Source of the DNA: Candidatus Woesebacteria bacterium RIFCSPLOWO2_01_FULL_44_24b
GTDB lineage: Bacteria > Patescibacteriota > Microgenomatia > UBA8517
NCBI GenBank assembly: GCA_001793235.1
Contig: MGHM01000004.1
Coordinates: forward strand, 34,467 to 98,466
Direction: 5' to 3'
DNA length: 64,000 nt
Shown here: piece after piece, positions 40,746 through 50,889 of the stretch
How the letters are laid out: each line of letters begins with the position of its first letter
How positions within the stretch are numbered: position 1 is the first letter of the stretch
Position numbers and translations under genes: made by a program
Notes under the pieces: model-generated
The model's database searches: none
The model's input: only the letters and a program-made list of their open reading frames with translations
Told to the model about the DNA's origin: nothing

Positions 40746-41962
40746 AATTTTCTACTTACAAAAAAAGCTATTAATCCAACAACTCCCAGCATTGTCATCG
40801 TGAGTGCCACTCCAAAAACTTCTGTAATAGTAGCGGAAAATATAACAGGCAACACTGTCGCCGCAGTTGTAATAAACCAAATGCTCCCGAAGACGCGCCC
40901 TAATTTATCTTTGGGTGTTGCAAGCTGCAAGTGAGTAAGCGTGGGAATAAGACTTCCAACGTAAGAAGCACCGGCTATAAAAAAACATACCACTGAAAGC
41001 GTTCTGCCTAACCAAAAGGGGAGTATTGGGGCAACTACACCAAGCAAAACCAATACCAAAGATAAACTGAAAAGTGAAATTTCAATAACCCGCCTTCGGG
41101 GAAACCCATGAGATATCGCTTTGGAAACAACCATCGTGGCAATCAAAGCCCCGACTGCACCGGGAAATACGATGGTTATCCCGGCAAGGCTTGGGCGCAC
41201 TCGTACAATATTTTCAGCTAAAGCGGGAATTGTTACCAAGACAACTGATAGCGCAACCTGAAGGCCAATTAGAATAAAGAAAGGCAAAAACACCCTTCGC
41301 GTATCCTTGATAAACTGATAGCCCTCCAAAAGTTCTTGGAAAAACTTGACGATGCCTCCTGCGAAATCACGCGGGATGTGCTCGAGAGGGGGAAGCTTCG
41401 GGAGTAAACTAACCGAGCTTACGGCAACAAGAAGTAAAAGAGAGCTTAACACCAAACTGCTTCTAAGCCCTAAATATTCATAGGAAATACCCGCTAATAG
41501 GAACCCGAAAGCAAGGGATAATTGGACCGTCACAAAAAACAGGCTATTTGCAAAGGGTAAGATTTTCTTCTTAACCAGAATTGGGATGGACGCAGCCTCG
41601 GCAGGAATATAAAACTGGTTCGCAAGCGAATAAATAAAAACTATCCCATAAGCTAAGTAAATAAACCTGGAATATAAAAGCGAATAAACCGATATAATTA
41701 CAGCTTGAAGCAGAAGAGTTACCACGAGTGCCCGTCTTTTATCCACCAAATCTGCGGTAACTGAGGCAATTGGGCCAAAAATTATGGCAGGGAGCGCGTA
41801 TGCCAGCCAGACCAGAGAAGTCGCGATTGTCGAACCGGTTTTCTCAAACAGATAAATGAGCATCAAGAAACTCAAAGTGTTTACTACAACCTGGGAAATA
41901 ATCTGTGAAACCCAAAGATGTGTGAATTTACGGTTACCTAAAAGTGTTACTATTTCTTTCAT
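40742..41962 (-). CDS. MFS transporter (inserted between gatA and gatB)
   Basis: Twelve predicted TM helices with the usual MFS loop patterns. ATGA overlaps link it to both gat genes. Confidence 0.7.
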   Translation of the reverse strand: MKEIVTLLGNRKFTHLWVSQIISQVVVNTLSFLMLIYLFEKTGSTIATSLVWLAYALPAIIFGPIASVTADLVDKRRALVVTLLLQAVIISVYSLLYSRFIYLAYGIVFIYSLANQFYIPAEAASIPILVKKKILPFANSLFFVTVQLSLAFGFLLAGISYEYLGLRSSLVLSSLLLLVAVSSVSLLPKLPPLEHIPRDFAGGIVKFFQELLEGYQFIKDTRRVFLPFFILIGLQVALSVVLVTIPALAENIVRVRPSLAGITIVFPGAVGALIATMVVSKAISHGFPRRRVIEISLFSLSLVLVLLGVVAPILPFWLGRTLSVVCFFIAGASYVGSLIPTLTHLQLATPKDKLGRVFGSIWFITTAATVLPVIFSATITEVFGVALTMTMLGVVGLIAFFVSRKL

Positions 41963-43362
41963 GATTGAGGCGTTTTTGTGTGATAATCCGTTTGCTTTTG
42001 AAACTTTTTGCCCAAAGAAAACAAAATATTCTCTTCGAATTTTCTACCCATCAACTGAATTCCCAGAGGAAGATTATTCTTAGTAAATCCGGTGGGTATG
42101 GCAAGCGATGGAATTCCCGTTAAATTGGCTGTTGCCGCAAAAATATCCGTCAAATACATTTCCAGTGGGTCGGCAGCCTTCTCGCCCAACTTAAACGGCG
42201 GGGTAGGAGCAACGGGTGCAAGTAAAACGTCCACGTCTTCAAAAACTTTATTTACTTCCTCAATTAAAACTGTGCGAACTTTCATGGCTTTATTGTAATA
42301 CGCGTCATAATAACCGGAAGACAATACAAAAGTTCCAAGCATTATCCTTCGTTTAGCCTCCATTCCAAAAGTGCTTCTATCATTTCCATACCTGATGCCG
42401 TCGTATCTGCCCAAATTAGAACTGACCTCCGCCGGCTGGATTATGTAGTAAACCGATATAGCGTATTTAGTATTTGGCAAACTAACTTCAACTACACTAT
42501 GACCGTTGTCTGTAAGCCAATTGGCAAAACTATCGATCGAACTTTTAACTTCATCGCTTATCCCCTGTTCTACGAACTCCTTGGGAATTCCCACCTTATA
42601 TTTATTTTCACCGGTTAATTTTTGATATTTACGATCTATCAATGTGCTATCTTTCCCTTCCGGCCCGGAAGTTATAGCAAAAACTTTCTCGCTATCTTCT
42701 ACAGAGTGGGTAATATGGCCCATTGTATCAAGTGAACTTGCCATCGCTACTACTCCATAGCGCGAGACCGCGCCGTATGTAGGTTTTAGGCCGGTTACGC
42801 CGCAATAGTTTGAAGGTAATCTAATAGACCCGCAAGTATCTGAGCCGGGGGATATTAAAGCCATATTGGCGGCAACAGCCACTGCCGAGCCACTTGAGCT
42901 TCCACCCGGTACATAGTCTTTGTTCCAGGGATTGCGGGTTACACCAAAATCGGAGTTCTCCCCGGAGCTCCCGTGTGCCCAAGCGTCACAATTGGTCTTC
43001 CCTACCAAGATCGCGCCAGCTGCCTCTAACCTCTCAAAAACCGTTGAAGAGTAAGCTGGAACGTAATTTTCCAATACTCGTGACGCGGCAGTGGTTCTTA
43101 TGCCTTTTGTTAAGTACAGATCCTTCATTGCCAAAGGCACGCCAAGAAGTGGAAATTCCCCGAAAGCGTTGGGGTTATTGTTGATTACTTCTTGCATTTC
43201 CCTCGCCTTTTGATAAGCATAGTCATCAGTAATCGTAATAAAAGCATTTAAATCGTGATTCGCATTAATTCTTGCAAAATAGGCATCCAGCAATTCAACC
43301 AACGAGTATTCTTTATTTTTTAATGCAGTGTAAAGCTCATTTATGGTAAGCGGAGTTTTCAT
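41959..43362 (-). CDS. gatA: Glu-tRNA(Gln) amidotransferase subunit A (amidase)
   Basis: Amidase signature GGSSSGSAVAVAA and the Ser-cisSer-Lys triad context. Confidence 0.9.
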   Translation of the reverse strand: MKTPLTINELYTALKNKEYSLVELLDAYFARINANHDLNAFITITDDYAYQKAREMQEVINNNPNAFGEFPLLGVPLAMKDLYLTKGIRTTAASRVLENYVPAYSSTVFERLEAAGAILVGKTNCDAWAHGSSGENSDFGVTRNPWNKDYVPGGSSSGSAVAVAANMALISPGSDTCGSIRLPSNYCGVTGLKPTYGAVSRYGVVAMASSLDTMGHITHSVEDSEKVFAITSGPEGKDSTLIDRKYQKLTGENKYKVGIPKEFVEQGISDEVKSSIDSFANWLTDNGHSVVEVSLPNTKYAISVYYIIQPAEVSSNLGRYDGIRYGNDRSTFGMEAKRRIMLGTFVLSSGYYDAYYNKAMKVRTVLIEEVNKVFEDVDVLLAPVAPTPPFKLGEKAADPLEMYLTDIFAATANLTGIPSLAIPTGFTKNNLPLGIQLMGRKFEENILFSLGKKFQKQTDYHTKTPQS

Positions 43363-43661
43363 AGGTCCTTGTCAATTACTTGGGGTACAACAAACGCTCC
43401 ATTGTGAGTTTTATCCGTACCAGATAACACCTCGTCATTTGTCAGAATTCTGGTTGCATCTACTTGGTCTTCTCGAAGCACATCTTCCAAACCAGTTGTT
43501 TGACTTGTGGGTGAAACATCGTCCGTACGGAGTTTTTTAAGTTCCTTGAAATAATTTATAACATCTGACAACTGATCCTTTAGAGTCGTGGTCTCCTTTT
43601 TAGAAAGTGTTAAGTTAGCAAGCCTAGAAAGGTGAAGAATCTCGTCGGTGGTGAGCCCGCT
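43359..43661 (-). CDS. gatC: Glu-tRNA(Gln) amidotransferase subunit C
   Basis: Begins LTTDEILHLSRLANLTLSKKE...LSDVINYF. The track ORF is trimmed to the internal Met to give a protein of about 100 aa. Confidence 0.75.
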   Translation of the reverse strand, partial: SGLTTDEILHLSRLANLTLSKKETTTLKDQLSDVINYFKELKKLRTDDVSPTSQTTGLEDVLREDQVDATRILTNDEVLSGTDKTHNGAFVVPQVIDKDL

Positions 43662-43770
43662 CATTAACGTATAATACCACAAGCCGTTAATTTTTAAATT
43701 TGGCATTCTGGGCAAGCTTCAAGACTGATAAAGTGTTGTGTACGCCTGTCTTTAGTAATAAAATACCTCA

Positions 43771-44367
43771 ATGGCTGTTAGAAAAACTATTCAAATCGGT
43801 GACCCCAGGCTTAAAGCTCCTAATAAAGAAGCCAAAGATTTTTCGGCCCCAAAAATCAAGAAAGTCATCAAAGACTTAAAAGATACGATGATTAAAAACG
43901 ATCTTATTGGGCTTGCTGCGCCCCAAATTGGTGAAAACTATAAAATCTTTGTAACTCAACCCAGAAAAACAAAAGCAAGACGCCTTCCTAAAGGAGATAA
44001 ATTCCGGGTCTATATAAACCCAAAAATTACTTATTTTTCCAAAAAGCAAAATATTATTTACGAAGGCTGTGGCAGTGTTCTGAATGGAACATTATTTGGT
44101 CCCGTCAAAAGGCCAGAAGAGATAAAAGTTGTTGCTCGGGATGAAAACCAAAAAAAGTTTCAGGTTCATTGTAATGGAATACTTGCGCGAGTAATCCAGC
44201 ATGAATATGACCACCTTGATGGTATTGAGTTCACGGAAAAAATCTATGATTACAAAAAATTAATGGCCAAAGATTTTTATATTAAAAATATCAGAAATTC
44301 AAAAGCGCAACTCTCCGCTTCAAATATTACTATCCGTGAGTATATAATACTCAATGGGAAAAATTGA
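43771..44367 (+). CDS. def: peptide deformylase
   Basis: Carries the three PDF motifs GLAAPQIG, EGCGS and QHEYDHLDG. Confidence 0.9.
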   Translation: MAVRKTIQIGDPRLKAPNKEAKDFSAPKIKKVIKDLKDTMIKNDLIGLAAPQIGENYKIFVTQPRKTKARRLPKGDKFRVYINPKITYFSKKQNIIYEGCGSVLNGTLFGPVKRPEEIKVVARDENQKKFQVHCNGILARVIQHEYDHLDGIEFTEKIYDYKKLMAKDFYIKNIRNSKAQLSASNITIREYIILNGKN

Positions 44368-44857
44368 GGAAGTTATTTACGAAAACTACAAAAAAGCAAT
44401 CACCGAGGGTGATTACGACCAAGCCAAGCGCGCGGTTGAGCTTGGAAAAGTACTAAAAGAAAAAATTGATACCGAACAGTTTGTTGATTACGACTCGCTC
44501 AAAGTCCCCATAACTCAAATCATCGGAAAGCATTTCAACCCATTCCCCTATAAATACCATGAAATTCAGGGAGTTGTCGAGCTCACAACTGTCGTTATCA
44601 CATTAACTGAGCAGGAAAATAAACTTTTTGGGCTTTTTAGCAGGAATGAAACAAAGGGCAAAAGCATAAAAGTTGTTACAAAACAACTTATAGCTCAACA
44701 CATGTGGGGTAAAGAGTTTGTAGCCAATAGTCTGATTAGGATAAATATCTGGAGGTTGAGAAAGAAAATTGAACCAGATATTACATATCCGCAGCTCCTA
44801 ATAAGTCTACCCGAGCGTGGCTATATCTTTTTGGGTAATAAAGTTGACTATTTTTAG
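44354..44857 (+). CDS. orphan OmpR/PhoB-type winged-helix DNA-binding protein with no receiver domain
   Basis: The C-terminal 100 aa match trans_reg_C (LTEQENKLFGLF...IWRLRKKIEPD...LISLPERGYIF). The N-terminal 65 aa are unassigned. The gene overlaps the def end by 14 nt. Confidence 0.5.
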   Translation: MGKIEEVIYENYKKAITEGDYDQAKRAVELGKVLKEKIDTEQFVDYDSLKVPITQIIGKHFNPFPYKYHEIQGVVELTTVVITLTEQENKLFGLFSRNETKGKSIKVVTKQLIAQHMWGKEFVANSLIRINIWRLRKKIEPDITYPQLLISLPERGYIFLGNKVDYF

Positions 44858-45439
44858 AACTTGTGAAAATTTATATTCTACTTTGTAACCTTTTAGTTAC
44901 GGCAAATTGGCCCCGAGTAAATCTCTTATTCATTGGCAAAAACGACTTTAGATCGTTAATTGGGAAATATTATTCCAAGTCAAACAAATTATAAATACTA
45001 TATGCATCTTTTATTTTAGAATCAATCTCTCTATATAAGATTCAATATTAGCCTTAAAATGAGAGAATAAATTAGATTCGAGCTCAGAGTTTTCATCTTA
45101 AAAACCTTCAAATAGCACTCCGAAATGTAGATTGCCAGAAAAATCGATGGCATTAGTTTCCCGAATGATTGTCATTATCTATATTTATTATAAGACGTTA
45201 AACGCCAGATTGAGCCTAGTCATCACTAACGCCAATATATCGGCTTAAAGTATGAAAGTGTAATTCTATTGTCTCTGAAATTTAGCTCAAAATGATTGCT
45301 AATATTACTATCGGCTATATTATTATGGGATATAACTATGTCAACCAATTTATGACTCTTGTTTGACTAATTTTATAAAAAGAAGATTAATCGCAATTAT
45401 ATTGCTCTTGTAATTCGCTATTTATACGTTACAGAAATG

Positions 45440-46363
45440 CTACATCATCTGCTCAAGAGCCTTGATTCGCTCCTCAACTGGAGGGTGAGTATTAAATAAA
45501 CTCGAAAAGGAGCTTCTGGCGTCGCCAATTTTATTCTTAAAGGGATTTTCAATATAAAGATGTGCCGTTGCTTTATTTGCTGCTTCAAGTGGCTCAGTGT
45601 CCATAGAGATCTTATTCAACGCGGAAATAAGCCCCGAAGGCTGACGCGTGATGGCAACCGACCCGGCATCCGCCGAAAACTCACGCCGTCTTGAAATGGC
45701 AAGTTTAATTAGCTGGCCAATAAAAGGGGATAATATGGCAAAAACCAAGCCAATTAACATAATTACCCCGGCGCCTTCTTTACGCCCGCGCCTACCTCCA
45801 CCCCAAAAACTAGCTCGCAGTAAAAAATCTGCCAAGAGCGCCACGGTTCCGACTAAAACCGTAACAACAGACATAAGTAAGATATCGTAGTTTTTGACAT
45901 GGATCAGCTCGTGGGCAACTACACCCTCAAGTTCTGTACGATTAAGCCGCGATATAAGCCCTGTAGTGGCTACAACCACTGCGTGCTCGGGGTTTCTGCC
46001 TGTTGCGAATGCGTTCATGGCTGTATCATCAATCACATAAAGCTTGGGCTTAGGGATGCCGGCTGCTATGGCCAAATTCTCGGCCACTGTGTAGAAATCA
46101 AATTCGCGTTTTCTATCCGCAGGCCGAGCCCCACTAATGCCAAGCACGATCTTGTCGCTAAAATAATAACTGCCAATACTCATTAAACCCGAGATTATAA
46201 AAGCAATTCCCACAATACCCAAGCCTCCGGCATCATAGCCCCAATAAGTACTCAACCCAGTTGCAATAAAATATGTGGCAGCGGTAATAAAGGCCACAAA
46301 AAGTGCCATTATCAAAAATGACTTTCGCTTGTTGGCAGCAGCCACCTCATAGATGTTTTGCAC
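45440..46363 (-). CDS. htpX: zinc metalloprotease HtpX (M48)
   Basis: Two N-terminal TM helices followed by HELIHV. Confidence 0.85.
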   Translation of the reverse strand: MQNIYEVAAANKRKSFLIMALFVAFITAATYFIATGLSTYWGYDAGGLGIVGIAFIISGLMSIGSYYFSDKIVLGISGARPADRKREFDFYTVAENLAIAAGIPKPKLYVIDDTAMNAFATGRNPEHAVVVATTGLISRLNRTELEGVVAHELIHVKNYDILLMSVVTVLVGTVALLADFLLRASFWGGGRRGRKEGAGVIMLIGLVFAILSPFIGQLIKLAISRRREFSADAGSVAITRQPSGLISALNKISMDTEPLEAANKATAHLYIENPFKNKIGDARSSFSSLFNTHPPVEERIKALEQMM

Positions 46364-46374
46364 AGCTAATTATA

Positions 46375-46959
46375 CTACTCTAGGTTTACCTTTGGAGTTT
46401 TGGTTTCCGAAGCACTAACTTCAACATGCTCGCCGCTCTCGGGAGTTATGAGCCCCTTTTGCTCTTCAAATTTAAACATGTTGGCTACAATGTTTGTGGG
46501 AAAAGTTGCACGCTTAACATTATAATCCGCGGTCAAATCAATCACCAAGCGCCTAGCATACATCACTTTATCTGAGGTGTCGCGAAGCTCATCCATGAGT
46601 TTACCCACAACGCTATCTGACTTAATTTCCGGGTTATCCTCCACCATAATCTGAAGCTTTGGCAAAACTGCTGCCAGCTGGCTCCCGGCATCGGCCATCT
46701 TTTGGACGTCATTTGATTTAACTGCTGAATCTATTTGCCTTCTGGCATCCGTCAGCATCTTAAATATCCCCTTCTCCTGCTTTAAGTAACCCTTTACTGA
46801 AGACTCCAAATTTGGAATCAAGTCTGCCTGGCGCTTAAGCTGGTTGCCGATTTCCTGAACTGCAGCCTTAATGCGGGCTTTGCTTGAAACAAAGAAGTTG
46901 TAAGTGGAAATTATCCATACAACTATTAAAACCAGAGGGACAAGAACTAAGAATGGCAT
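46375..46959 (-). CDS. lemA: LemA family protein
   Basis: A TM anchor followed by a LemA helical domain (NFFVSSKARIKAAVQEIGNQLKRQADLIPNL). Trimmed to the internal Met. Confidence 0.75.
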   Translation of the reverse strand: MPFLVLVPLVLIVVWIISTYNFFVSSKARIKAAVQEIGNQLKRQADLIPNLESSVKGYLKQEKGIFKMLTDARRQIDSAVKSNDVQKMADAGSQLAAVLPKLQIMVEDNPEIKSDSVVGKLMDELRDTSDKVMYARRLVIDLTADYNVKRATFPTNIVANMFKFEEQKGLITPESGEHVEVSASETKTPKVNLE

Positions 46960-47074
46960 ACAACTTATTGTAGCACCTTTGTAAACTGGTGCAAGCAGAG
47001 CATGTGAATTAACATAATTCACACCGTTTGTTTATTTACAAAGCACATTGCAATTTGTTAAGTTGCTTTAGTAA

Positions 47075-48259
47075 ATGGGACGCAAAATAGAGTTTGATAC
47101 TTCTCGCCCTTCATATGACATATACAGACCGGAAGTGTTTGCTCAGATTATTAAAGCCACACATTTACCAGATGTAGACTCATTGGAAAAGTTAGTTGGT
47201 AAAAACAACACCGGACTTTCAACTCTTTTAGAAAGCCAAAGGCGCTATGCTGCTATTTTCCATATAATACCTGGACTTGATCAGATGGATGACTTTCAAA
47301 CTGAAATTCGTTTGTCATCCAGATGTGAAATTCCTATTTCTGATATCTCAATATGGTATGGCATAAAAGAAAAAATTAAATTCGAATTTTATCCATGGGC
47401 ACAACATGCTTCTAAGGGTGATGTCGATTCATATGACTTAGCACTTAAAAAAATGGAGGACTTTATTGACCTTAGATGGAACGGGAGTGTTTCAGGTCTA
47501 CTTTACAGAGCTCTTAGATATCAAAAGTTGTTACCTAAAATTATTGCAAATGAACAACGATATAACCGGTTTACCGCATTTCCGGAAGGCATGGAAAGGA
47601 TGATGCAAAAAAATATATTTGAGGATGATGAAAACGAAGAAGAGAGTATAAATACCTCCCTTGGTTTCTCAAAAAATTCTTATAGGTCAATTTTTGAAGG
47701 AATCCCTCTTAATTACATACCAAACATAATTGCAAGTCTGCCCAACCAGCTTTATATAGACATCAGCCTATGGAGACTAGGTTATCAAAATACTGACCTA
47801 TCAGAAGAGGGGTTGTGTAATCAGATTCATCCTCTTGCCCAAAATCTTACGGTTGGACAAAAGATTGAATTTGTCAGAGATCATGCAAAAAAAGCTAAAA
47901 AATACTTAATAAAGGCAATAAGCCTTCAAGATTATGGTGGCTATCCAACTTTCGATTTCGTGGATCTAACGGGGAGGATAGTAAAACCTCTACCTTATTT
48001 TTATAAAAGTGGAATTATGATTAATACTGGGGGAATTCGTGAGAAGATTCTGCTTATCAGAAACGAGCTTAACGAACGGAATCCAAAGTTCAAAGCCTTA
48101 ACAAAAAGACAGAGAGAAGTACTGCAACTCCTCTCCGAAACTGACGGGAGAGGTACTTTGGTTTATACTAACAAACAAGTGGCTGCCGTGTGGGGAATAA
48201 ATGAAGCGGTTATTCAAATTTGCGCTCAAACTGCATTGAAACGTTTAAATACTAACTAA
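47075..48259 (+). CDS. hypothetical protein with a C-terminal LuxR/sigma-70-r4-type HTH
   Basis: 394 aa. The C-terminus LTKRQREVLQLLSETDGRGTLVYTNKQVAAVWGINEAVIQICAQTALKRL is LuxR-like. The N-terminal 330 aa are unassigned. Confidence 0.5.
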   Translation: MGRKIEFDTSRPSYDIYRPEVFAQIIKATHLPDVDSLEKLVGKNNTGLSTLLESQRRYAAIFHIIPGLDQMDDFQTEIRLSSRCEIPISDISIWYGIKEKIKFEFYPWAQHASKGDVDSYDLALKKMEDFIDLRWNGSVSGLLYRALRYQKLLPKIIANEQRYNRFTAFPEGMERMMQKNIFEDDENEEESINTSLGFSKNSYRSIFEGIPLNYIPNIIASLPNQLYIDISLWRLGYQNTDLSEEGLCNQIHPLAQNLTVGQKIEFVRDHAKKAKKYLIKAISLQDYGGYPTFDFVDLTGRIVKPLPYFYKSGIMINTGGIREKILLIRNELNERNPKFKALTKRQREVLQLLSETDGRGTLVYTNKQVAAVWGINEAVIQICAQTALKRLNTN

Positions 48260-50021
48260 TAACCAACAATTTTTCAAAGTCTGGCAAGCTTTTTGTATTT
48301 ACAATATCCCCCTTTGTCGCCCAGCCGCGGCGGGCCATTGCAACTCCGTAGCGCATATTATCCATTCCGTCTTTGTGATGCGAGTCGGTTCCCAGGGTCA
48401 ATTTCACACCAAGCTTAACTGCATCCCGGATTAAAAAGTCGGGCAAATCCAGCCTGTGAGGATCGGCGTTTATCTCAATCCATTTGCCATTTTTCAAGCA
48501 AAAATCAAAAATTTTCTCCCAATTAAGCTCCACCCCTTCCCGCTTTTCAAGAAGTCTCGCTGTCGGGTGGGCAAATATTTTAACCCTGGGATGGTCAAGC
48601 CCAGCGAGTACTCTTTTGGTCATCTCCTCGCGAGATTTTTTAAAACTCGAATGAATTGAGACCAAAGCAAAGTCAAGCATTTCTAACCCTTTATCGTCAA
48701 CGGGGAGTCTACCGTCCGGCAGCATATCAATTTCTAAGCTATTAAACGCTTTTATTTCTTTCACGCGCTCGTTTACACGAATAACTTTCTCCTGCTTTCC
48801 TTTCAAAATATCCAGTATTTGTTGGTAATTATGACCTCTCTGACTGGGATTGTGTTCAGTAAAAGCGATATATTCATAATTAAGCTCTTTTGCTTTTTGC
48901 ATAAGCTCCTCCATACTTGAAGCTCCAACATCATGGCTGGTTTCAATATCAAAACTACTGTGCATCTGCAGATCCCCTTTTATGTCTTTGAGGTCAACCA
49001 ATTTTGGCAAGTTGTTTTTTAAAGCCGCCTCGATTTCTCCAGCTCCCTCCCGAAGCTCGGGCGGGATCCAAGCCATCCCAAGTTTCTTATAAAACTTTTC
49101 TTCATCGGCAACCGGGGTAAGTTTCCCTTTAACCTTTATACCGTGCTCACTAAGACTCATTCCTTGCTTGAGTGCATACTCACGAAGGGCAACGTTATGG
49201 TGCTTGGAGCCCGTAAAATGCTGCAGCAAGGCCCCATAAGTGGCGGGTGACTCAACTTTAAGGTCAGCCCGGACGTTCCCGGGCAAAAGAAGCGAGGCGG
49301 ACTTCGCACCCCGGTTTATTACACGAATTTTGTTTGGATAGCCAGTAAACCTGTCTAAAACACTTTTGGAATCTTCGGAGGCAACAGAAAGGTCAACATC
49401 ACCAACAGTTGGAGCGCTCCTGCGCAAACTGCCAAGCTTATCAATTAGCTTAACACCCTTACTCACACTCATCCATTCAATGATTTTATCGGCGTATTCT
49501 TCGGCGGTAGAAAGAAGCATCCTGGCTGGCGGTTTTTCCTTATATTCCGCAATTGCAGTCAAAATATCGCTCTGTGACTCTTCACCAAAGCCGGGAAGCT
49601 TTGCAATGTCTCCGGCCCCGGCATGTTTTTTGAGTACCTCCAGGGTGTTTTTGTCCGGCAAGTGAAGCTCCTCAGCAAGGCGGTAAGCTTTTTTTGGCCC
49701 AATGCCTTCTACGTCCAATAGAGCCAGCGCGGCCTTGGGAATGCCTCTCAACACTTTCTCAAAGTGCCTTGACTTCCCACTCCTAAAGATCTCGTTTAAA
49801 TGCGCTGCAATACTTGTGCCAATCCCGGAAACATCATCCAGGTCTCCCTCATCAAAAATATCCTTTGCCTCGGTTCCCAAGTGCTCAATGGCATCCGCCG
49901 CGCGGTTATAAGCAATTATCCGAAACTTATTTTTGTTCTCGTTTTCTATCTGGTATGAAGCGGCAACGGCACGAAATAGCTCTGCAATCTCACCATTGGT
50001 CATATCTTTATGAATTTTCAC
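48252..50021 (-). CDS. polX: DNA polymerase X family protein with C-terminal PHP phosphoesterase domain
   Basis: Pol-beta-like HhH and nucleotidyltransferase N-terminal region (GDVDL) and a PHP domain ([11 protein letters not shown]...FTEHNP). Confidence 0.85.
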   Translation of the reverse strand: MKIHKDMTNGEIAELFRAVAASYQIENENKNKFRIIAYNRAADAIEHLGTEAKDIFDEGDLDDVSGIGTSIAAHLNEIFRSGKSRHFEKVLRGIPKAALALLDVEGIGPKKAYRLAEELHLPDKNTLEVLKKHAGAGDIAKLPGFGEESQSDILTAIAEYKEKPPARMLLSTAEEYADKIIEWMSVSKGVKLIDKLGSLRRSAPTVGDVDLSVASEDSKSVLDRFTGYPNKIRVINRGAKSASLLLPGNVRADLKVESPATYGALLQHFTGSKHHNVALREYALKQGMSLSEHGIKVKGKLTPVADEEKFYKKLGMAWIPPELREGAGEIEAALKNNLPKLVDLKDIKGDLQMHSSFDIETSHDVGASSMEELMQKAKELNYEYIAFTEHNPSQRGHNYQQILDILKGKQEKVIRVNERVKEIKAFNSLEIDMLPDGRLPVDDKGLEMLDFALVSIHSSFKKSREEMTKRVLAGLDHPRVKIFAHPTARLLEKREGVELNWEKIFDFCLKNGKWIEINADPHRLDLPDFLIRDAVKLGVKLTLGTDSHHKDGMDNMRYGVAMARRGWATKGDIVNTKSLPDFEKLLVIS

Positions 50022-50042
50022 TGAGTTATTATGGCAACCAAA

Positions 50043-50297
50043 CTATTCATGCAGACAGTTCTTAAGCATAGCTTTTAATCTCCTCCAGCCTGCAGTACTT
50101 TTAAAATACTTCTCACATTCTAGAGCATCTTCTTTAGACTTAAAAGCCGAATAATATATTAATTCATAAGGAACATATGGTTTTGTCGCAGCATTTTCAC
50201 CTTTATTATGGCTTTTCAATCTTACTTTTAAATCGGGAGTGTATCCAAGATATAATTTGTCGTTCTTAAAACTCCGAAGAATATAGAAGTAATACAT
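50043..50297 (-). CDS. GIY-YIG nuclease family protein (YhbQ-like)
   Basis: 84 aa matching the GIY-YIG pattern YYFYILRSFKNDKLYLGYTPDLKVRLKSHN. Confidence 0.7.
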   Translation of the reverse strand: MYYFYILRSFKNDKLYLGYTPDLKVRLKSHNKGENAATKPYVPYELIYYSAFKSKEDALECEKYFKSTAGWRRLKAMLKNCLHE

Positions 50298-50354
50298 TGT
50301 GGCGGGCTACAATTCAGGCTCGCTACGTTCACAAGCCTCGCGAGCTGAATGTAG

Positions 50355-50428
50355 CGGGACCGACGGGGCTCGAACCCGCAACCTCTGCCGTGACAGGGCA
50401 GCACTCTGACCAATTGAGCTACGGTCCC
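50355..50428 (-). tRNA. tRNA-Asp (GTC), no encoded CCA
   Basis: The minus-strand sequence GGGACCGTAGCTCAATTGG...CTGCCCTGTCACGGCAG...GCGGGTTCGAGCCCCGTCGGTCCCG forms a cloverleaf with anticodon GTC. Confidence 0.85.
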
Positions 50429-50486
50429 AGACTAAGCGATTATATAACAGAAAGAGATTGTACTCAATGCTGCTATAATAAACGTC

Positions 50487-50888
50487 ATGCGGCGTGCAGT
50501 TGCTGTAGTAATAAAAGACAAAAAAGAGAGAGTGCTTCTGACCCAAAGAGGGAGAATTGCCAGAGATGAATTTGGTAAATGGGAAAACTGCGGTGGCGCA
50601 GTTGACGAAGGCGAAACCGAAGAGGAAGCCATAAAAAGAGAAGTCAGGGAAGAATTGGGCTGTGGCCTGGAAATCAAGAATGTCTTGTATAAGGATAAGT
50701 TTAAAACAGACAGCGGAACTAACTGGCAAGTAATTATTTTTGAAGGCAAGCTAATCGGCGAGCCTAAACCTCAAAATAAAGATGAAAACGCAGCCGTTAA
50801 ATGGTTCAAAAAAGAGGAGCTTAAAAACGTAAATTTAGCAACCTATACTAGACAAGATTTTATTAGGTTTGGCTGGATTAACAAGTAG
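50487..50888 (+). CDS. NUDIX hydrolase
   Basis: Nudix box GGAVDEGETEEEAIKREVREELG. Confidence 0.75.
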   Translation: MRRAVAVVIKDKKERVLLTQRGRIARDEFGKWENCGGAVDEGETEEEAIKREVREELGCGLEIKNVLYKDKFKTDSGTNWQVIIFEGKLIGEPKPQNKDENAAVKWFKKEELKNVNLATYTRQDFIRFGWINK

Positions 50889-50889
50889 C

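Noticed and set aside
50307-50749. Minus-strand ORFs 50307..50729 and 50432..50749
   Set aside because: They overlap the tRNA-Asp gene and run antisense to the NUDIX hydrolase gene. Their composition is Ser/Phe-rich and low-complexity.
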